DNA from: Candidatus Omnitrophota bacterium
GTDB taxonomy: Bacteria > Omnitrophota > Gorgyraeia > Gygaellales > Profunditerraquicolaceae
Reading direction: 5' to 3'
NCBI GenBank assembly: GCA_018895075.1
Contig: JAHIOW010000066.1
Coordinates: 913 to 64,912 of the forward strand
DNA: 64,000 nucleotides
The notes beneath the pieces are model-generated. The model was not told the DNA's origin, searched no databases, and worked only from the letters and a program-made list of their open reading frames with translations. The position numbers and the translations under genes were made by a program. Below, piece after piece: positions 28,173-39,097 of the stretch (positions within the stretch are counted from its first letter, which is position 1; each line of letters begins with the position of its first letter).

Positions 28173-29490
28173 TATCGCCTGCCCCTAATGTAATTACCAG
28201 GTCCTGCGGTTTTATAATCTCTAAAATGTGTCCCGTTATTTCTTCTTTAGGCAAAAATCGTAACTTTTTATTTGGGTTATACTCTTTTATCTTATCGCAC
28301 ATAGAGCTGCCACTGATTCCTTCCAAGGGCAACTCAGAAGCCGCATAGATATCGGTCACAACCAGGTAATCGGCTAAATCAAAACTCTTTGCGAATTCAT
28401 CTAGAAGCAGCTTTGTGCGCGTAAAACGGTGCGGCTGAAATACAACAATTATCCTCTTAACTTTTAAATTTTTTACTGCCTCAAGGGCCGCCCTTATCTC
28501 TGTGGGGTGGTGGGCATAGTCGTCGATAACCAGGTATCTTTCGTCCCTAAACTTAATCTCCAGGCGCCTGGCAACACCCTTATAGCCTGAAAGTACCTTC
28601 TTAATCATCCCTAATTTTATATCCAGCTTGAGCCCTAAGGCGATTACTGAAAGGGCATTAGAAATATTATGCTCACCGCCCAGCGCCAGATGAAATCTAT
28701 CCACAAGTTTATCTTTATAAAAACAATCGAATTCAGAACTCAGGCCATTCATTTTTATATTCCGCGGGTATACATCGGCATTTTTTTTAAGGCCAAATGA
28801 CAGATAACTCTTTTTATAATCCTTTAATATATTCTTTATATTGATATCATCATTGCAACAAAAGGCACAGCCATCTTCTTGCGTCTTATTTAAGAATTCC
28901 TTAAAGGCATTGACCACATTTTTAAAGTCACTGTAGTAATCAATATGTTCGTAGTCTATATTGGTAATGATAGAGTATTTAGGCTGGTAACATAAAAAAG
29001 AACCGTCGGATTCGTCTGCCTCGGCCACAAAAAATTTACCATTCCCCAAAGAGGCATTGGTATCTATATTTCTTAAAATACCGCCTATGGCTACAGTAGG
29101 GGAAAAACCCGACTCTAATAATAAACAGGATACTAAAGAAGTGGTTGTAGTCTTACCGTGGCTGCCAGAGACCGTAACCACAACCTTGCCTTCCATCAGT
29201 TTAGCCAGGGCCTCTGCCCTTTTCATCAAAAGAATACCTAATCTTTTTGCCCGGGTAATCTCTGGGTTATCCGTCTTAATGGCAGAGGAATAAATAATTA
29301 AATTAGCGCCTGCAATATTTTTAGGGTTGTGTCCGATAAAAATTTGGGCTCCTAACCTCTTGAGTTCATCCGTCGTCTTACTTTCTTTTAAGTCTGAACC
29401 GCTTATCTTTATGCCGCGACGCAGAAAAAGTTGTGCAATCCCGCTCATCCCGATACCGCCTATACCAATCAAGTGATAGTGCCTATTCAT
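28114..29490 (-). CDS. murC: UDP-N-acetylmuramate--L-alanine ligase
   Basis: HLIGIGGIGMSGIAQL N-terminus, Mur ligase P-loop GSHGKTTTTS. Confidence 0.9.
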   Translation of the reverse strand: MNRHYHLIGIGGIGMSGIAQLFLRRGIKISGSDLKESKTTDELKRLGAQIFIGHNPKNIAGANLIIYSSAIKTDNPEITRAKRLGILLMKRAEALAKLMEGKVVVTVSGSHGKTTTTSLVSCLLLESGFSPTVAIGGILRNIDTNASLGNGKFFVAEADESDGSFLCYQPKYSIITNIDYEHIDYYSDFKNVVNAFKEFLNKTQEDGCAFCCNDDINIKNILKDYKKSYLSFGLKKNADVYPRNIKMNGLSSEFDCFYKDKLVDRFHLALGGEHNISNALSVIALGLKLDIKLGMIKKVLSGYKGVARRLEIKFRDERYLVIDDYAHHPTEIRAALEAVKNLKVKRIIVVFQPHRFTRTKLLLDEFAKSFDLADYLVVTDIYAASELPLEGISGSSMCDKIKEYNPNKKLRFLPKEEITGHILEIIKPQDLVITLGAGDIGRTSDELVERLKRQDQVK

Positions 29491-30575
29491 GTCGCTAAAG
29501 ACAACGCCTCCTCTACCAGTAAAATATTAGCATTGAGTCTTGAAATACCATCATAACTCAAACGCATTACTCCCAGCCTCTGGTGATCATTTATAAGTTC
29601 ATCTATAGTCTGTCTTAATATACCGCTGTGCAATTTATGGTCTTCAATTCTAATAGCACAACCTTTACTTTCTAATACCTGGGCGTTGCTGGATTGATGC
29701 CTCCGGGCATAAGGATAAGGCACGATTATTGCGGGAAGTTTGAAATACATAATCTCGGCAATTGTAGTTGCACCGGCCCTAGATAATACCAAATCACAGG
29801 CACTATAGGCATAGTGCATAGACTCTAAAAAACTGAATAATTTGGCATTAACATTTAAAGTTTGATAGCTACGTTTTAATAAATCGTAATCCCGGCTCCC
29901 GGTAAGATGGATAATCTGTATTTTTTCAATATCGGATATTGTAGATATTGCTTTTAAGAAAGCGGTATTAATATTGTGGCTACCCTGGCTGCCCCCCATT
30001 ACCAAGATGGTAAATTTATAATCGCTAAATCCAAAAAATTCCAAGGCCTTATTTCTATCGCACCTTTTTAATTGTTTACGTATAGGATTACCTGTCAGGG
30101 CTATTTTTTGCTGGTGCCCCTTAAAATAATCCCTGGTCTGGGGGAAAGAAATAGCAATCTTATTGGTAATTTTCCCCAAGAACCTGTTAGCCCTGCCCGG
30201 GATGACATTCTGCTCGTGTATTAAATTCTTTATACCAAAGACCCGGGCGAGTGAAACCATAGGTATAGATGCCAGGCTGCCAAATGCCACCACAATGGCG
30301 GGTTTAAAACTTAAGATTATAACTAGGCTTTGGAAAAACCCCTTAATAAATCCTAATATAGCCATAATATTTTTAAAATCAAGACTTAATTTAATAGGAG
30401 AAATTGAAATATAGTTAACTTGATAGCCAAGATTTTCTAACGGAACTGTTATATTTCTTTCCGGTAGAACCAAAAGCGCTCTGATATTCTTGTCTCTGGC
30501 CTTCAATGTCTCTAAAAATTCCAAGGCAGGAAATATATGTCCGCCGCTTGCACCGGTAATAACTAAAACTCTCAC
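29487..30575 (-). CDS. murG: UDP-N-acetylglucosamine--N-acetylmuramyl-(pentapeptide) pyrophosphoryl-undecaprenol GlcNAc transferase
   Basis: GT28 fold, GGTGGHIFPA-like N-terminus (GASGGHIFPA). Confidence 0.85.
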   Translation of the reverse strand: MRVLVITGASGGHIFPALEFLETLKARDKNIRALLVLPERNITVPLENLGYQVNYISISPIKLSLDFKNIMAILGFIKGFFQSLVIILSFKPAIVVAFGSLASIPMVSLARVFGIKNLIHEQNVIPGRANRFLGKITNKIAISFPQTRDYFKGHQQKIALTGNPIRKQLKRCDRNKALEFFGFSDYKFTILVMGGSQGSHNINTAFLKAISTISDIEKIQIIHLTGSRDYDLLKRSYQTLNVNAKLFSFLESMHYAYSACDLVLSRAGATTIAEIMYFKLPAIIVPYPYARRHQSSNAQVLESKGCAIRIEDHKLHSGILRQTIDELINDHQRLGVMRLSYDGISRLNANILLVEEALSLAT

Positions 30576-30608
30576 TTTAGCCTTTCTCTAATCTCAAAAA
30601 GGGGGGGA

Positions 30609-31703
30609 TCATGTATAATCTCCTGAGCGGGCGATATTCATAAGTAGCCCCACGCTAAACATATCAAAGATAAAAGAAGAGCCACCATAACTAATAAAAG
30701 GAAGCGGCAGGCCCTTTGTAGGCAATATGCCACAGGAGACTCCAATATTTATTATTACCTTAAGGGAAATCATTAAAACTAACCCCAGGCTTAAAAAATA
30801 ACCAAACTTATCCGCTGCATTCTTTATTACCTTAAACCCCTGCTGTATAAAAATTAAAAATAATATAATTATACCTATTGTGCCTATAAGGCCCAGTTCT
30901 TCTCCGATTATAGAAAAAATAAAATCGGTGTGTGCGGCAGGCAGATAAAATAATTTCTGCTTGGATTGCCCTAAACCTATCCCGAATATCCCCCCTGAGC
31001 CCAAGGCAATCTGCGACTGGATTATCTGAAAACCACTGCCTTTAGGGTCCAGCCAGGGGTTTAGGAAAGCCGCGATGCGCATCCTCCTATATGGAACGCT
31101 AAATATCAATATATATAGTACTGGCAGGCTGGCTAAAACCACAGATAAAAGATAAGATAATCTTATACCCGCTACAAAAAGCATAATAAACACCACCATT
31201 CCTAATGCCACGGCAGTCCCCAAGTCCGGCTGCATCAGGATTAATACTATGCTCATGCCTAAAACAAGTATCGGCGGCAAGAATCCCCTCAAGAAATCTT
31301 TTATTACATTGCCTCTGCGGCTAATAAAATCTGCTATATAAATGACTATAACTATGTTGGCTAGTTCTGAAGGCTGGAAACTAATAAATTTAAATCTAAA
31401 CCATCTCTGGGCCCCGAAAACTTCCCTGCCTATCCCCGGAATTAAAACTAAAACTAATAAAAAAAGTGAAAATATTAACAGGGATTTTGACCATTTTCTT
31501 AATTTTCTATAATCAATACTCATAGCTAAAAATGCAAGGGATATTCCGATAAGAAGAAAACTAATATGTCTTTTTAAGAAAAAGAAACTGTCATTATATC
31601 TCTCTGTGGCATATATGCTAGAAGCGCTATAAATCATTACTATGCCGATAGATATCAAAATAACTGTGGTTATAAATAGATTTACTCTACTATTATGTCC
31701 CAT
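30609..31703 (-). CDS. ftsW: Cell division SEDS protein FtsW
   Basis: SEDS motifs, C-terminal GLPLPFISYGGSS, dcw position between murD and murG. Confidence 0.85.
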   Translation of the reverse strand: MGHNSRVNLFITTVILISIGIVMIYSASSIYATERYNDSFFFLKRHISFLLIGISLAFLAMSIDYRKLRKWSKSLLIFSLFLLVLVLIPGIGREVFGAQRWFRFKFISFQPSELANIVIVIYIADFISRRGNVIKDFLRGFLPPILVLGMSIVLILMQPDLGTAVALGMVVFIMLFVAGIRLSYLLSVVLASLPVLYILIFSVPYRRMRIAAFLNPWLDPKGSGFQIIQSQIALGSGGIFGIGLGQSKQKLFYLPAAHTDFIFSIIGEELGLIGTIGIIILFLIFIQQGFKVIKNAADKFGYFLSLGLVLMISLKVIINIGVSCGILPTKGLPLPFISYGGSSFIFDMFSVGLLMNIARSGDYT

Positions 31704-32973
31704 GATGACTTTGGTTTTTAACTAAATCATAAACTGCCTTCTTAAAAACCATGCCCCTCTCCTCAAAATTAGAAAACATATCAAAACTTGAACACATCGG
31801 AGAAAGTAATATACAATCACCAGATGCGGCTTTATAAAAGGCCGCCTTTACTGCCTCTTTTAAAGTAGGTACTTCATCAATAGGTATAAAACCTCCAAGC
31901 GTATCTTTCATTTTCTCCCTGGCCTCACCCAAAATAATCATCGCTTTGACATTCCTGCGTATTAAATCCAAGATAATGCTATAATCACTACCTTTATCTC
32001 TACCGCCGGCAATTAAGATAACGGGCTTGCGGATATTTTTTAAGGCCCATATCGTGGAATCTACATTGGTGCTCTTGGAGTCATTGATAAACTCTATGTT
32101 GCCTGACTCCGCTACATGCTCTAAGCGATGCTCAACGCCCTTAAATTTGCTAAATACCTCCAAACATAATTCTTTTTCTATACCTAATATTGAACCCATG
32201 GTTAAAACTGCTGCCTGATTAGGATTTAGGCTCTGCGTCCCGGAAAAATATACAACATTGACTTTAGCCCCTTGGGCTAAATCCCTGAGCACAGGATCCT
32301 GGCTATTCAAAACTAAATAATCAGATTCGTCCTGATTCATAAATATGCGTTTTTTTGCTTTTAAATATTCTTGCATATCTTTATATCTATCCAGATGATT
32401 AAGGCCGAAATTTAGCATAACGGAGATATCGGGTTTAAACATCTCTATTGTCTCTAGTTGAAAGGAGCTTACCTCTAAAGAGACAAAATCAGATATCCCC
32501 ATTTTATCCAATTCGCCACAAAAAGAATTACCAATATTACCACAGACAAATACCTTTTTCTTTTGCGCCTCCAGTATCTTACCTATCAACGTAGTCACGG
32601 TGGTCTTGCCATTGGTACCAGTCACGGCAATTATTGTAGCCGGACACAGAATCCAACCCACCTCTATCTCGCTGATAATAGGAATCTTAAAGCCTTTAGC
32701 CCAAATCATGGGTAATGCCTCATCCGTTACCCCTGGTGAAACCACGATTAGATCCCTGCCTCTTATGAATTCCTGCGAATGTCTGCCTAGTTCAATCTTT
32801 GTATTTTTCGATTTTAATTCCAGGGCCTGCAAACGGACTAAATTATTATCTTGGGCTTCTGTCACGCTTACCTGGGCACCTAAGTCAGAAAGCACCTTAG
32901 CGCAGCTCACGCCACTGCGCCCCAATCCCACTACGGTAACTTTCTTATCCTTAAAATAATCCGTATTTCTCAT
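31693..32973 (-). CDS. murD: UDP-N-acetylmuramoylalanine--D-glutamate ligase
   Basis: VVGLGRSGVS Rossmann N-terminus, GTNGKTT P-loop. Confidence 0.9.
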   Translation of the reverse strand: MRNTDYFKDKKVTVVGLGRSGVSCAKVLSDLGAQVSVTEAQDNNLVRLQALELKSKNTKIELGRHSQEFIRGRDLIVVSPGVTDEALPMIWAKGFKIPIISEIEVGWILCPATIIAVTGTNGKTTVTTLIGKILEAQKKKVFVCGNIGNSFCGELDKMGISDFVSLEVSSFQLETIEMFKPDISVMLNFGLNHLDRYKDMQEYLKAKKRIFMNQDESDYLVLNSQDPVLRDLAQGAKVNVVYFSGTQSLNPNQAAVLTMGSILGIEKELCLEVFSKFKGVEHRLEHVAESGNIEFINDSKSTNVDSTIWALKNIRKPVILIAGGRDKGSDYSIILDLIRRNVKAMIILGEAREKMKDTLGGFIPIDEVPTLKEAVKAAFYKAASGDCILLSPMCSSFDMFSNFEERGMVFKKAVYDLVKNQSHHGT

Positions 32974-33006
32974 CTAACAAGTAATACTTATAACTTATGT
33001 CCTCGC

Positions 33007-34095
33007 CTATCTTATCTTTAAAGTAACTATTGTCAGGAGTGCCAGGAGGCTGGCGATAATCCAAAACCTTACGATCACCTTATTTTCTGGCCAGCCGAGA
33101 AACTGAAGATGATGATGCAGGGGCGCAATCTTGAATATGCGTTTCTTACTCAGGCGAAAAGAGGCTACCTGTAAGATTACAGATAGGGCTTCGAGAACAA
33201 ATACCCCGCCCATGATTACTAAAAGTAACTCTTTTTTTATCAACAGTGCGATTGTCCCCAAGGCCCCGCCTAAAGCTAAAGAACCCACATCTCCCATAAA
33301 AATAGAGGCCGGATAGCAATTAAACCACAAAAAACCCAAACCCGCGCCTAAAATACTAGTACAAAATATAGTCAACTCGCCGCTATCTGGGATATAAGGT
33401 ATTAATAGGTAACGGGAAAGGTTCATATTCCCTGATACATAACTTAAAACACTAAGAGTAAAAGCTACCATAATAACATTACCTATGGCCAAACCATCTA
33501 ACCCATCGGTAAGATTTACAGCGTTAGAAGTGCCGGTTATCACCAAAATTACAAATAGTATGTAAAAAATACCCAATTCTAAAGAAATATTTTTTAAAAG
33601 CGGTATATCTAGACTTGTACTATTTTCAGGGCTTAAGAAAAGGATAACTCCTAAAATTGAGGCTAAGACAATCTGGCTAGTAAACTTGGCAGTAGCAGTG
33701 AGGCCTTTAGAGCATTTTCTGACATGTTTTAGATAATCATCAATGAATCCGGTTATGCCTAACCAGATAGTGGTGGCTGAGGCAATTATTATATACTTAT
33801 TAAAGATATCTGCCCAGAGCAATACCGAGAATAACACTGCCAACAATATGAATATACCGCCCATTGTGGGCGTATTCTGTTTGTCGCTATGTAATGCATA
33901 TAATTGCTTACTGTCTTCCTTCCTTATGTTCTCGGTTATTTTTAATCTGGTGAGCCATTTTATTACTAGCGGACCAAAGATAATACTGAGCAAAAATGAG
34001 GTCAATGCCGCCATAGCGGCACGAAAGGTAATATAGCGAAAGACATTAAAGACAAAGATTATATTATGTAAGGGATAAAATAAATAATATAACAT
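33007..34095 (-). CDS. mraY: Phospho-N-acetylmuramoyl-pentapeptide transferase
   Basis: Polytopic membrane protein with the PTMGG motif (KQNTPTMGG) and DD motifs (IDDYLK). Confidence 0.9.
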   Translation of the reverse strand: MLYYLFYPLHNIIFVFNVFRYITFRAAMAALTSFLLSIIFGPLVIKWLTRLKITENIRKEDSKQLYALHSDKQNTPTMGGIFILLAVLFSVLLWADIFNKYIIIASATTIWLGITGFIDDYLKHVRKCSKGLTATAKFTSQIVLASILGVILFLSPENSTSLDIPLLKNISLELGIFYILFVILVITGTSNAVNLTDGLDGLAIGNVIMVAFTLSVLSYVSGNMNLSRYLLIPYIPDSGELTIFCTSILGAGLGFLWFNCYPASIFMGDVGSLALGGALGTIALLIKKELLLVIMGGVFVLEALSVILQVASFRLSKKRIFKIAPLHHHLQFLGWPENKVIVRFWIIASLLALLTIVTLKIR

Positions 34096-34096
34096 A

Positions 34097-35461
34097 TCAG
34101 CCCCTAAAGACCTCTTCCATCCTCATCAAGCGGGAACCTTTAACCAGAACTATATCGTCTTCTTCTGGAACTATCTTATTAAATAAAATATTAGCCGCCT
34201 CTTGAACAGAATCACAGATAAATATATTCTTAACATCCAGGCCGCAAGACTGCGCTGTCTGGGCAGCCATTTTAGACAATTTGCCTACGGTTATAAGGGC
34301 GTCGCAGACGCCGGCGGCTCGACGGCCCGCTTGGCAATGGAACAATTTTTTGTAATTTCCCAATTCCAACATATCGCCCATCACCAAGATTTTTTTACCT
34401 TTTGTCCTGAAATTATTCAGCGTATTTAAAGCCTGCCCTAAAGAAACGGGGTTAGAATTATATGTATCGTCTATAAATCTTACCTTGTTTAATTTTATAA
34501 CCTTAAGCCTGCCTTGCGGAAAGTTAAAAGTAACCAGCCTAGATTTAATATCTTTATATTCAATGCCAAATATACGTGCCACAGCTACAGCAGCCAAGGC
34601 ATTATAAATATTATAATACCCTAATGTCTTTAATGTAAACCTATATTTTAGACCTGCCAAAAATTCTATTTTCGTATTAAAGATTTTGATATCTGTGGCG
34701 GAAAAATCACACTTATGCTTAATAGCGAATCCGAAAATAATTGGTTTTTTTATTTTTCTTGCTGTTTGTTTTCTTAGTGGCCCGCTATCGGCGTTTAATA
34801 TAGCAATATATGGTTTTTTTAGATTTTCTATTAACCTGTATTTTTCTCTAAATACTCCCTCTAAATTATGGAAATATTCAAGATGGACAGGCCCGATATT
34901 AGTAATTATGCCTATATTGGGCTGACATATTGCGCCCAGATAATCAATCTCGCCAAAGTGGTTTGTCCCTAACTCCAAAACAGCAATATCATGTTCGGGC
35001 CTAAGATTAAGTAAAGCCAAAGGTAGGCCTATATGGTTATTCTTTGTGCCTTCGTTCTTCAGGACATTAAATTTTTTAGACAATATCCAGGCAATCATCT
35101 CTTTGGTAGTAGTTTTGCCGTTGCTGCCAGAAATAGCGATAACAGGAATATTGAATTTACGGCGCTGGTATCCAGCGATATCACCTAATGCCTTTATTGT
35201 ATCTTGCGCCTCTATGAAAGTTACATTTTTCTGCTTCTGTAATGCCCCCTGCTGGCAAGAGGCTATGATACATGCCGCCCTTTTCTTAATCGCCTCGGCA
35301 ATAAAACCGTGTCCATCGAGATTAACTCCTTTTATAGCAATAAAGGCTTCTTGAGGTTTGATTGTTCTGGAGTCTATAGAGATACCCCTGGCAATAATAT
35401 CTCCTCTACCCTGGATTAACTTACCTCCAGTAGCTTCTAATAGTTCATCGACTTTAAACAT
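34097..35461 (-). CDS. murF: UDP-N-acetylmuramoyl-tripeptide--D-alanyl-D-alanine ligase
   Basis: Mur ligase P-loop GSNGKTTTKE, 454 aa. Confidence 0.85.
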   Translation of the reverse strand: MFKVDELLEATGGKLIQGRGDIIARGISIDSRTIKPQEAFIAIKGVNLDGHGFIAEAIKKRAACIIASCQQGALQKQKNVTFIEAQDTIKALGDIAGYQRRKFNIPVIAISGSNGKTTTKEMIAWILSKKFNVLKNEGTKNNHIGLPLALLNLRPEHDIAVLELGTNHFGEIDYLGAICQPNIGIITNIGPVHLEYFHNLEGVFREKYRLIENLKKPYIAILNADSGPLRKQTARKIKKPIIFGFAIKHKCDFSATDIKIFNTKIEFLAGLKYRFTLKTLGYYNIYNALAAVAVARIFGIEYKDIKSRLVTFNFPQGRLKVIKLNKVRFIDDTYNSNPVSLGQALNTLNNFRTKGKKILVMGDMLELGNYKKLFHCQAGRRAAGVCDALITVGKLSKMAAQTAQSCGLDVKNIFICDSVQEAANILFNKIVPEEDDIVLVKGSRLMRMEEVFRG

Positions 35462-36903
35462 TTTTCTATTACCCTGCGGTCTGCAAAGGGAATTACCCTA
35501 TCTTTCAATATCTGGTAATCCTCATGGCCTTTACCCGCTACTAATATAATATCACCCGATTTAGCCAAAGATAACGATTTTCTTATCGCCTCTTCTCGCT
35601 CGAGCATGACACAGAAGTTTTCTTTCTTTATCCCTTTCTTAATATCTTCTATTATCGCTTCAGGGTCTTCTGAGCGCGGGTTATCAGTAGTAATAATAGC
35701 GTAATCAGCCAATTCAGATACTACATAACCCATCTTGGGCCTTTTTGTCTTATCACGTTGGCCGCCACAGCCAAAAACAACAATAATCCTGCCAGAAGCC
35801 AATTGCCTTAAAGTACTGATGACATTCTTCAGCGCATCTTCGGTATGGGCATAATCTAGGAAAATCAAAAAATCTAAAGGCGCATCTACCCTCTCCAGCC
35901 TCCCCGGGACATAAGAAAATTTCTCAATCGCAGATTTTATTGTAGGCAGTTCTAACCCTTCTCTTAAAGCCCAGGAAACTGCCGCTAATATATTATATAC
36001 ATTATGCCTTCCGATCAAACTGGTTCTAAAATTTGTCTGGCCTTTAATAGTGGTCAATAAAAATTCCGTATGCCAGATATCAAACTTTATCTCTCCTGCC
36101 ATGACATCCGCCTGATTTTCTACTCCATATGTAATTACCTCTGCAGGGGTTAATCCTTTAAGTATCCTGCCATATTCATCATCGTTATTAATAATAACAA
36201 AAGAATTTAAACCAATATTTTTAAAAAGCTTGAGCTTCGCCTGAAAATAGTTTTCTAATGTTTTATGATAATCTAGATGTTCTGGAGTTAAATTGGTAAA
36301 GATAGCCGAGTAAAAATTTATTCCCTCAGTCCTATGTTGGTCGAGGGCGTGCGATGAAACTTCCATGATTGCATAATCAAGGCCCCCCTTCAACATTTCA
36401 GATAAGATACAGTGGAGCTCTAAAGGACCGGGAGTAGTGTTTTTTGCGGATAAAACTTTATCTTTGAAGCGATAATTAATTGTGCCTATAACTGCGGGAT
36501 TAAAATTCGCTTCTTTTAATATTGCCTCGATTAAATAAGTTACTGTGGTCTTGCCATTAGTCCCGGTAATACCTACAACCTTTATTTTTGAAGAAGGGTT
36601 CCCATAAAATTCTGCTGCTAATCTCGCTAATGCCCTGCGCGTATCTTCAACTTTTATTAAATTTATCTTATCTTGATACCTGATACCTGATACCTGATAC
36701 TGAATTAATACTGCCTCTGCTCCGCGAGCTATTGCCTCTTCAATAAAATTATGCCCATCTTCATCAATACCTCTTATAGCCACGAAGATAAAATTCTCAC
36801 CCACCAACTTAGAATCGCAACTTATACCCCTAACCTCAAAATCCTTCAGATTAGAATCCGTATGGTAACTATCTAGAGATTTGATTAATTGTATTAGTCT
36901 CAT
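35437..36903 (-). CDS. murE: UDP-N-acetylmuramoyl-L-alanyl-D-glutamate--2,6-diaminopimelate (or L-Lys) ligase
   Basis: GTNGKTTVTY P-loop, DNPRSEDP C-terminal motif. Contains an in-frame gatacct x4 repeat. Confidence 0.9.
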   Translation of the reverse strand: MRLIQLIKSLDSYHTDSNLKDFEVRGISCDSKLVGENFIFVAIRGIDEDGHNFIEEAIARGAEAVLIQYQVSGIRYQDKINLIKVEDTRRALARLAAEFYGNPSSKIKVVGITGTNGKTTVTYLIEAILKEANFNPAVIGTINYRFKDKVLSAKNTTPGPLELHCILSEMLKGGLDYAIMEVSSHALDQHRTEGINFYSAIFTNLTPEHLDYHKTLENYFQAKLKLFKNIGLNSFVIINNDDEYGRILKGLTPAEVITYGVENQADVMAGEIKFDIWHTEFLLTTIKGQTNFRTSLIGRHNVYNILAAVSWALREGLELPTIKSAIEKFSYVPGRLERVDAPLDFLIFLDYAHTEDALKNVISTLRQLASGRIIVVFGCGGQRDKTKRPKMGYVVSELADYAIITTDNPRSEDPEAIIEDIKKGIKKENFCVMLEREEAIRKSLSLAKSGDIILVAGKGHEDYQILKDRVIPFADRRVIEKCLKSMNY

Positions 36904-38605
36904 TGAGTGCTGTAGCGTAGTTTGCTGAAGACTCTATCTTAAGATACCGAAGAACATCATTAACTACATTCTTAAACACAGGCGCAGCTACAACTCCACC
37001 AAAATAATAGGGATGGGGTTCATCAACCACAACAACAATAGCAATAACCGGGTCTTCTACCGGAGCAAATCCGATAAAAGAGGCAATAAATTTATTATGA
37101 GAATAAGTGCCGTTGGGTTCTAATTTCTGCGAGGTTCCGGTCTTACCTGCTACTCTAAAATCAGATACCTTGGCTAATTTGCCTGTACCATTCTCTATTA
37201 CACCAGCAAGTATCGCCTTCATCCTGGAGGCAGTGTCTACGGATACAACTTTACGGATCAAAGTCGGCGGAAACCTTTTAATTGTTTCACCGTATTTATC
37301 TCGGATTTCGCTGACGAGGAAAGGCTTCATCAGTTGACCGCCATTAGCAATAGCAGATATGGCACTCACTAATTGTAATGCGCTCACGCCTATCTCTTGG
37401 CCAATGGGTATTGCTCCGATAGATAGCTTGGACCACAGCCGCGGTTCCTTGATCATACCGGAAATTTCACCCGGGAGGTCAATTCCTAACTTTGAACCAA
37501 AACCAAAGAGTCTTATATATCGATAAAGAATATCCGGCCCTAAAATCTGTGCCACTTTGGTTGTACCGATATTACTTGATTGCTCAATAACCTCTCTAAA
37601 AGTAAGCCAACCGTGCGGCCGGTGGTCATGTAGGGTATGAGTAGCTATCCGGTAAGCCCCATTTTCACAGAAGATTTTATCTTCCTCTGTTACCTTTGCC
37701 TCTTCCAATGCCGCGGAGGCAGTAACAATCTTTAATACTGAGCCCGGCTCAAATAGATCACAGACTGAACGGTTACGTAATCCCTCCCGGTTGGTATCAA
37801 CATATTCATTAAGATCAAAGTTGGGTCGATTTGCCAAAGCAAGGATTGCTCCGGAATGCGGGTCTATAACTATTATGCTGGCGCCTTTAGCGTTATATTT
37901 TTTGACTGCCTTATCCAGTTCTCTTTCCGCAATATACTGAATTATCTCATCCATAGTCAGAACTAAATCATAACCTTCCTTAGGCAAAACCATCTTTTCG
38001 TATAGGCCTAGCCTTCTCTGGCGCGCATCCCTTAAAAACAAGGCAAAGCCGCTTTCTCCCTTAAGATATCTATCATAATATAATTCGATACCCTCTAATC
38101 CTTTATTATCTAAACCTGCGAGGCCGATTATATGGCTGGCAAGATAACCGTTAGGATAACAACGCTTACTTTCTTTAATAAAATAAAGGCCTTTTATATC
38201 TAATTTCTTAATTGCCTCGGCTCTCTGTGGAGTTATCTTCCTTGCCAGCCAGATAAAACCTTTCTTACGGTATAATCTATCTTTTAAATAGCCGTAGTCT
38301 ATATTTAGTATTGGCGCAAGCTTGCTTATAATCGCCTCTTTATCTTTATCGGGTATTTCGTAAGGTACGGCATAGAGCGATTCCACTGATATATTCACTG
38401 CCTGCGGCTTAAGATTGGAATCATATATAGTACCACGGCGGGGTTCTAACTCTACATATAGATTATGCTGTTTCTTGGCAATCCCTATAAGGTAAGTTGA
38501 ACGGAAGAATTTGATAAAAAAAAGGCGGGCTATGCAGAATATTAAAAAGACAAGGAAGAATAAAAATACCGCTTTGACTCTGCGGTGATAATTGACTATA
38601 TACAC
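36869..38605 (-). CDS. ftsI: Penicillin-binding protein 3 (divisome transpeptidase FtsI)
   Basis: N-terminal TM, PBP dimerization domain, SxxK (SVLK), SSN, KTGT. Confidence 0.85.
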   Translation of the reverse strand: MYIVNYHRRVKAVFLFFLVFLIFCIARLFFIKFFRSTYLIGIAKKQHNLYVELEPRRGTIYDSNLKPQAVNISVESLYAVPYEIPDKDKEAIISKLAPILNIDYGYLKDRLYRKKGFIWLARKITPQRAEAIKKLDIKGLYFIKESKRCYPNGYLASHIIGLAGLDNKGLEGIELYYDRYLKGESGFALFLRDARQRRLGLYEKMVLPKEGYDLVLTMDEIIQYIAERELDKAVKKYNAKGASIIVIDPHSGAILALANRPNFDLNEYVDTNREGLRNRSVCDLFEPGSVLKIVTASAALEEAKVTEEDKIFCENGAYRIATHTLHDHRPHGWLTFREVIEQSSNIGTTKVAQILGPDILYRYIRLFGFGSKLGIDLPGEISGMIKEPRLWSKLSIGAIPIGQEIGVSALQLVSAISAIANGGQLMKPFLVSEIRDKYGETIKRFPPTLIRKVVSVDTASRMKAILAGVIENGTGKLAKVSDFRVAGKTGTSQKLEPNGTYSHNKFIASFIGFAPVEDPVIAIVVVVDEPHPYYFGGVVAAPVFKNVVNDVLRYLKIESSANYATALNETNTINQISR

Positions 38606-38680
38606 GAATTAAGTAAATTTAACGGTTGGTGATTGGTAGTTCGACTTTGCTGACTATTAACCCTGTCCCTGTACCCTGCC

Positions 38681-39097
38681 CTAGTCTTCCAAATAGAAGT
38701 ATTCTGAGCTTATCGAAGGAGGCAGTGTCGAAGGGCTGATTGTCTTTGCCTCGGCTTGTCTTTTAATATCAAAGAGGCGGGATATTATATTTTCTTTCTG
38801 GGATAGTTGCCCATTTACTCTTAAGGCCTCTTTAGGCTGTCTCAATCTTACTAAATGATAAGCATAAGGCATCTGGAAATCACTATATTCAGAAACTTTA
38901 CCGGCAATGCGGATTAACGAGGCGTCTCTCTCTGTATTGTATCTTAAGAGGGCATTGTTATCAAGTAAATCTTGGAATACATTCAACTTTTTCTGGCCCA
39001 GATAGGCAAGGCGAAAGATCTCTGTCTGTTGCCAGACAAAAGCCAGAGAAAATAGGGTAATAAAGGTAATGATTGTTAGAAATTTAAATAATTTCAT
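38681..39097 (-). CDS. ftsL: Cell division protein FtsL-like (small bitopic membrane protein)
   Basis: Single TM plus short periplasmic region, at the conserved position between rsmH and ftsI. Confidence 0.5.
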   Translation of the reverse strand: MKLFKFLTIITFITLFSLAFVWQQTEIFRLAYLGQKKLNVFQDLLDNNALLRYNTERDASLIRIAGKVSEYSDFQMPYAYHLVRLRQPKEALRVNGQLSQKENIISRLFDIKRQAEAKTISPSTLPPSISSEYFYLED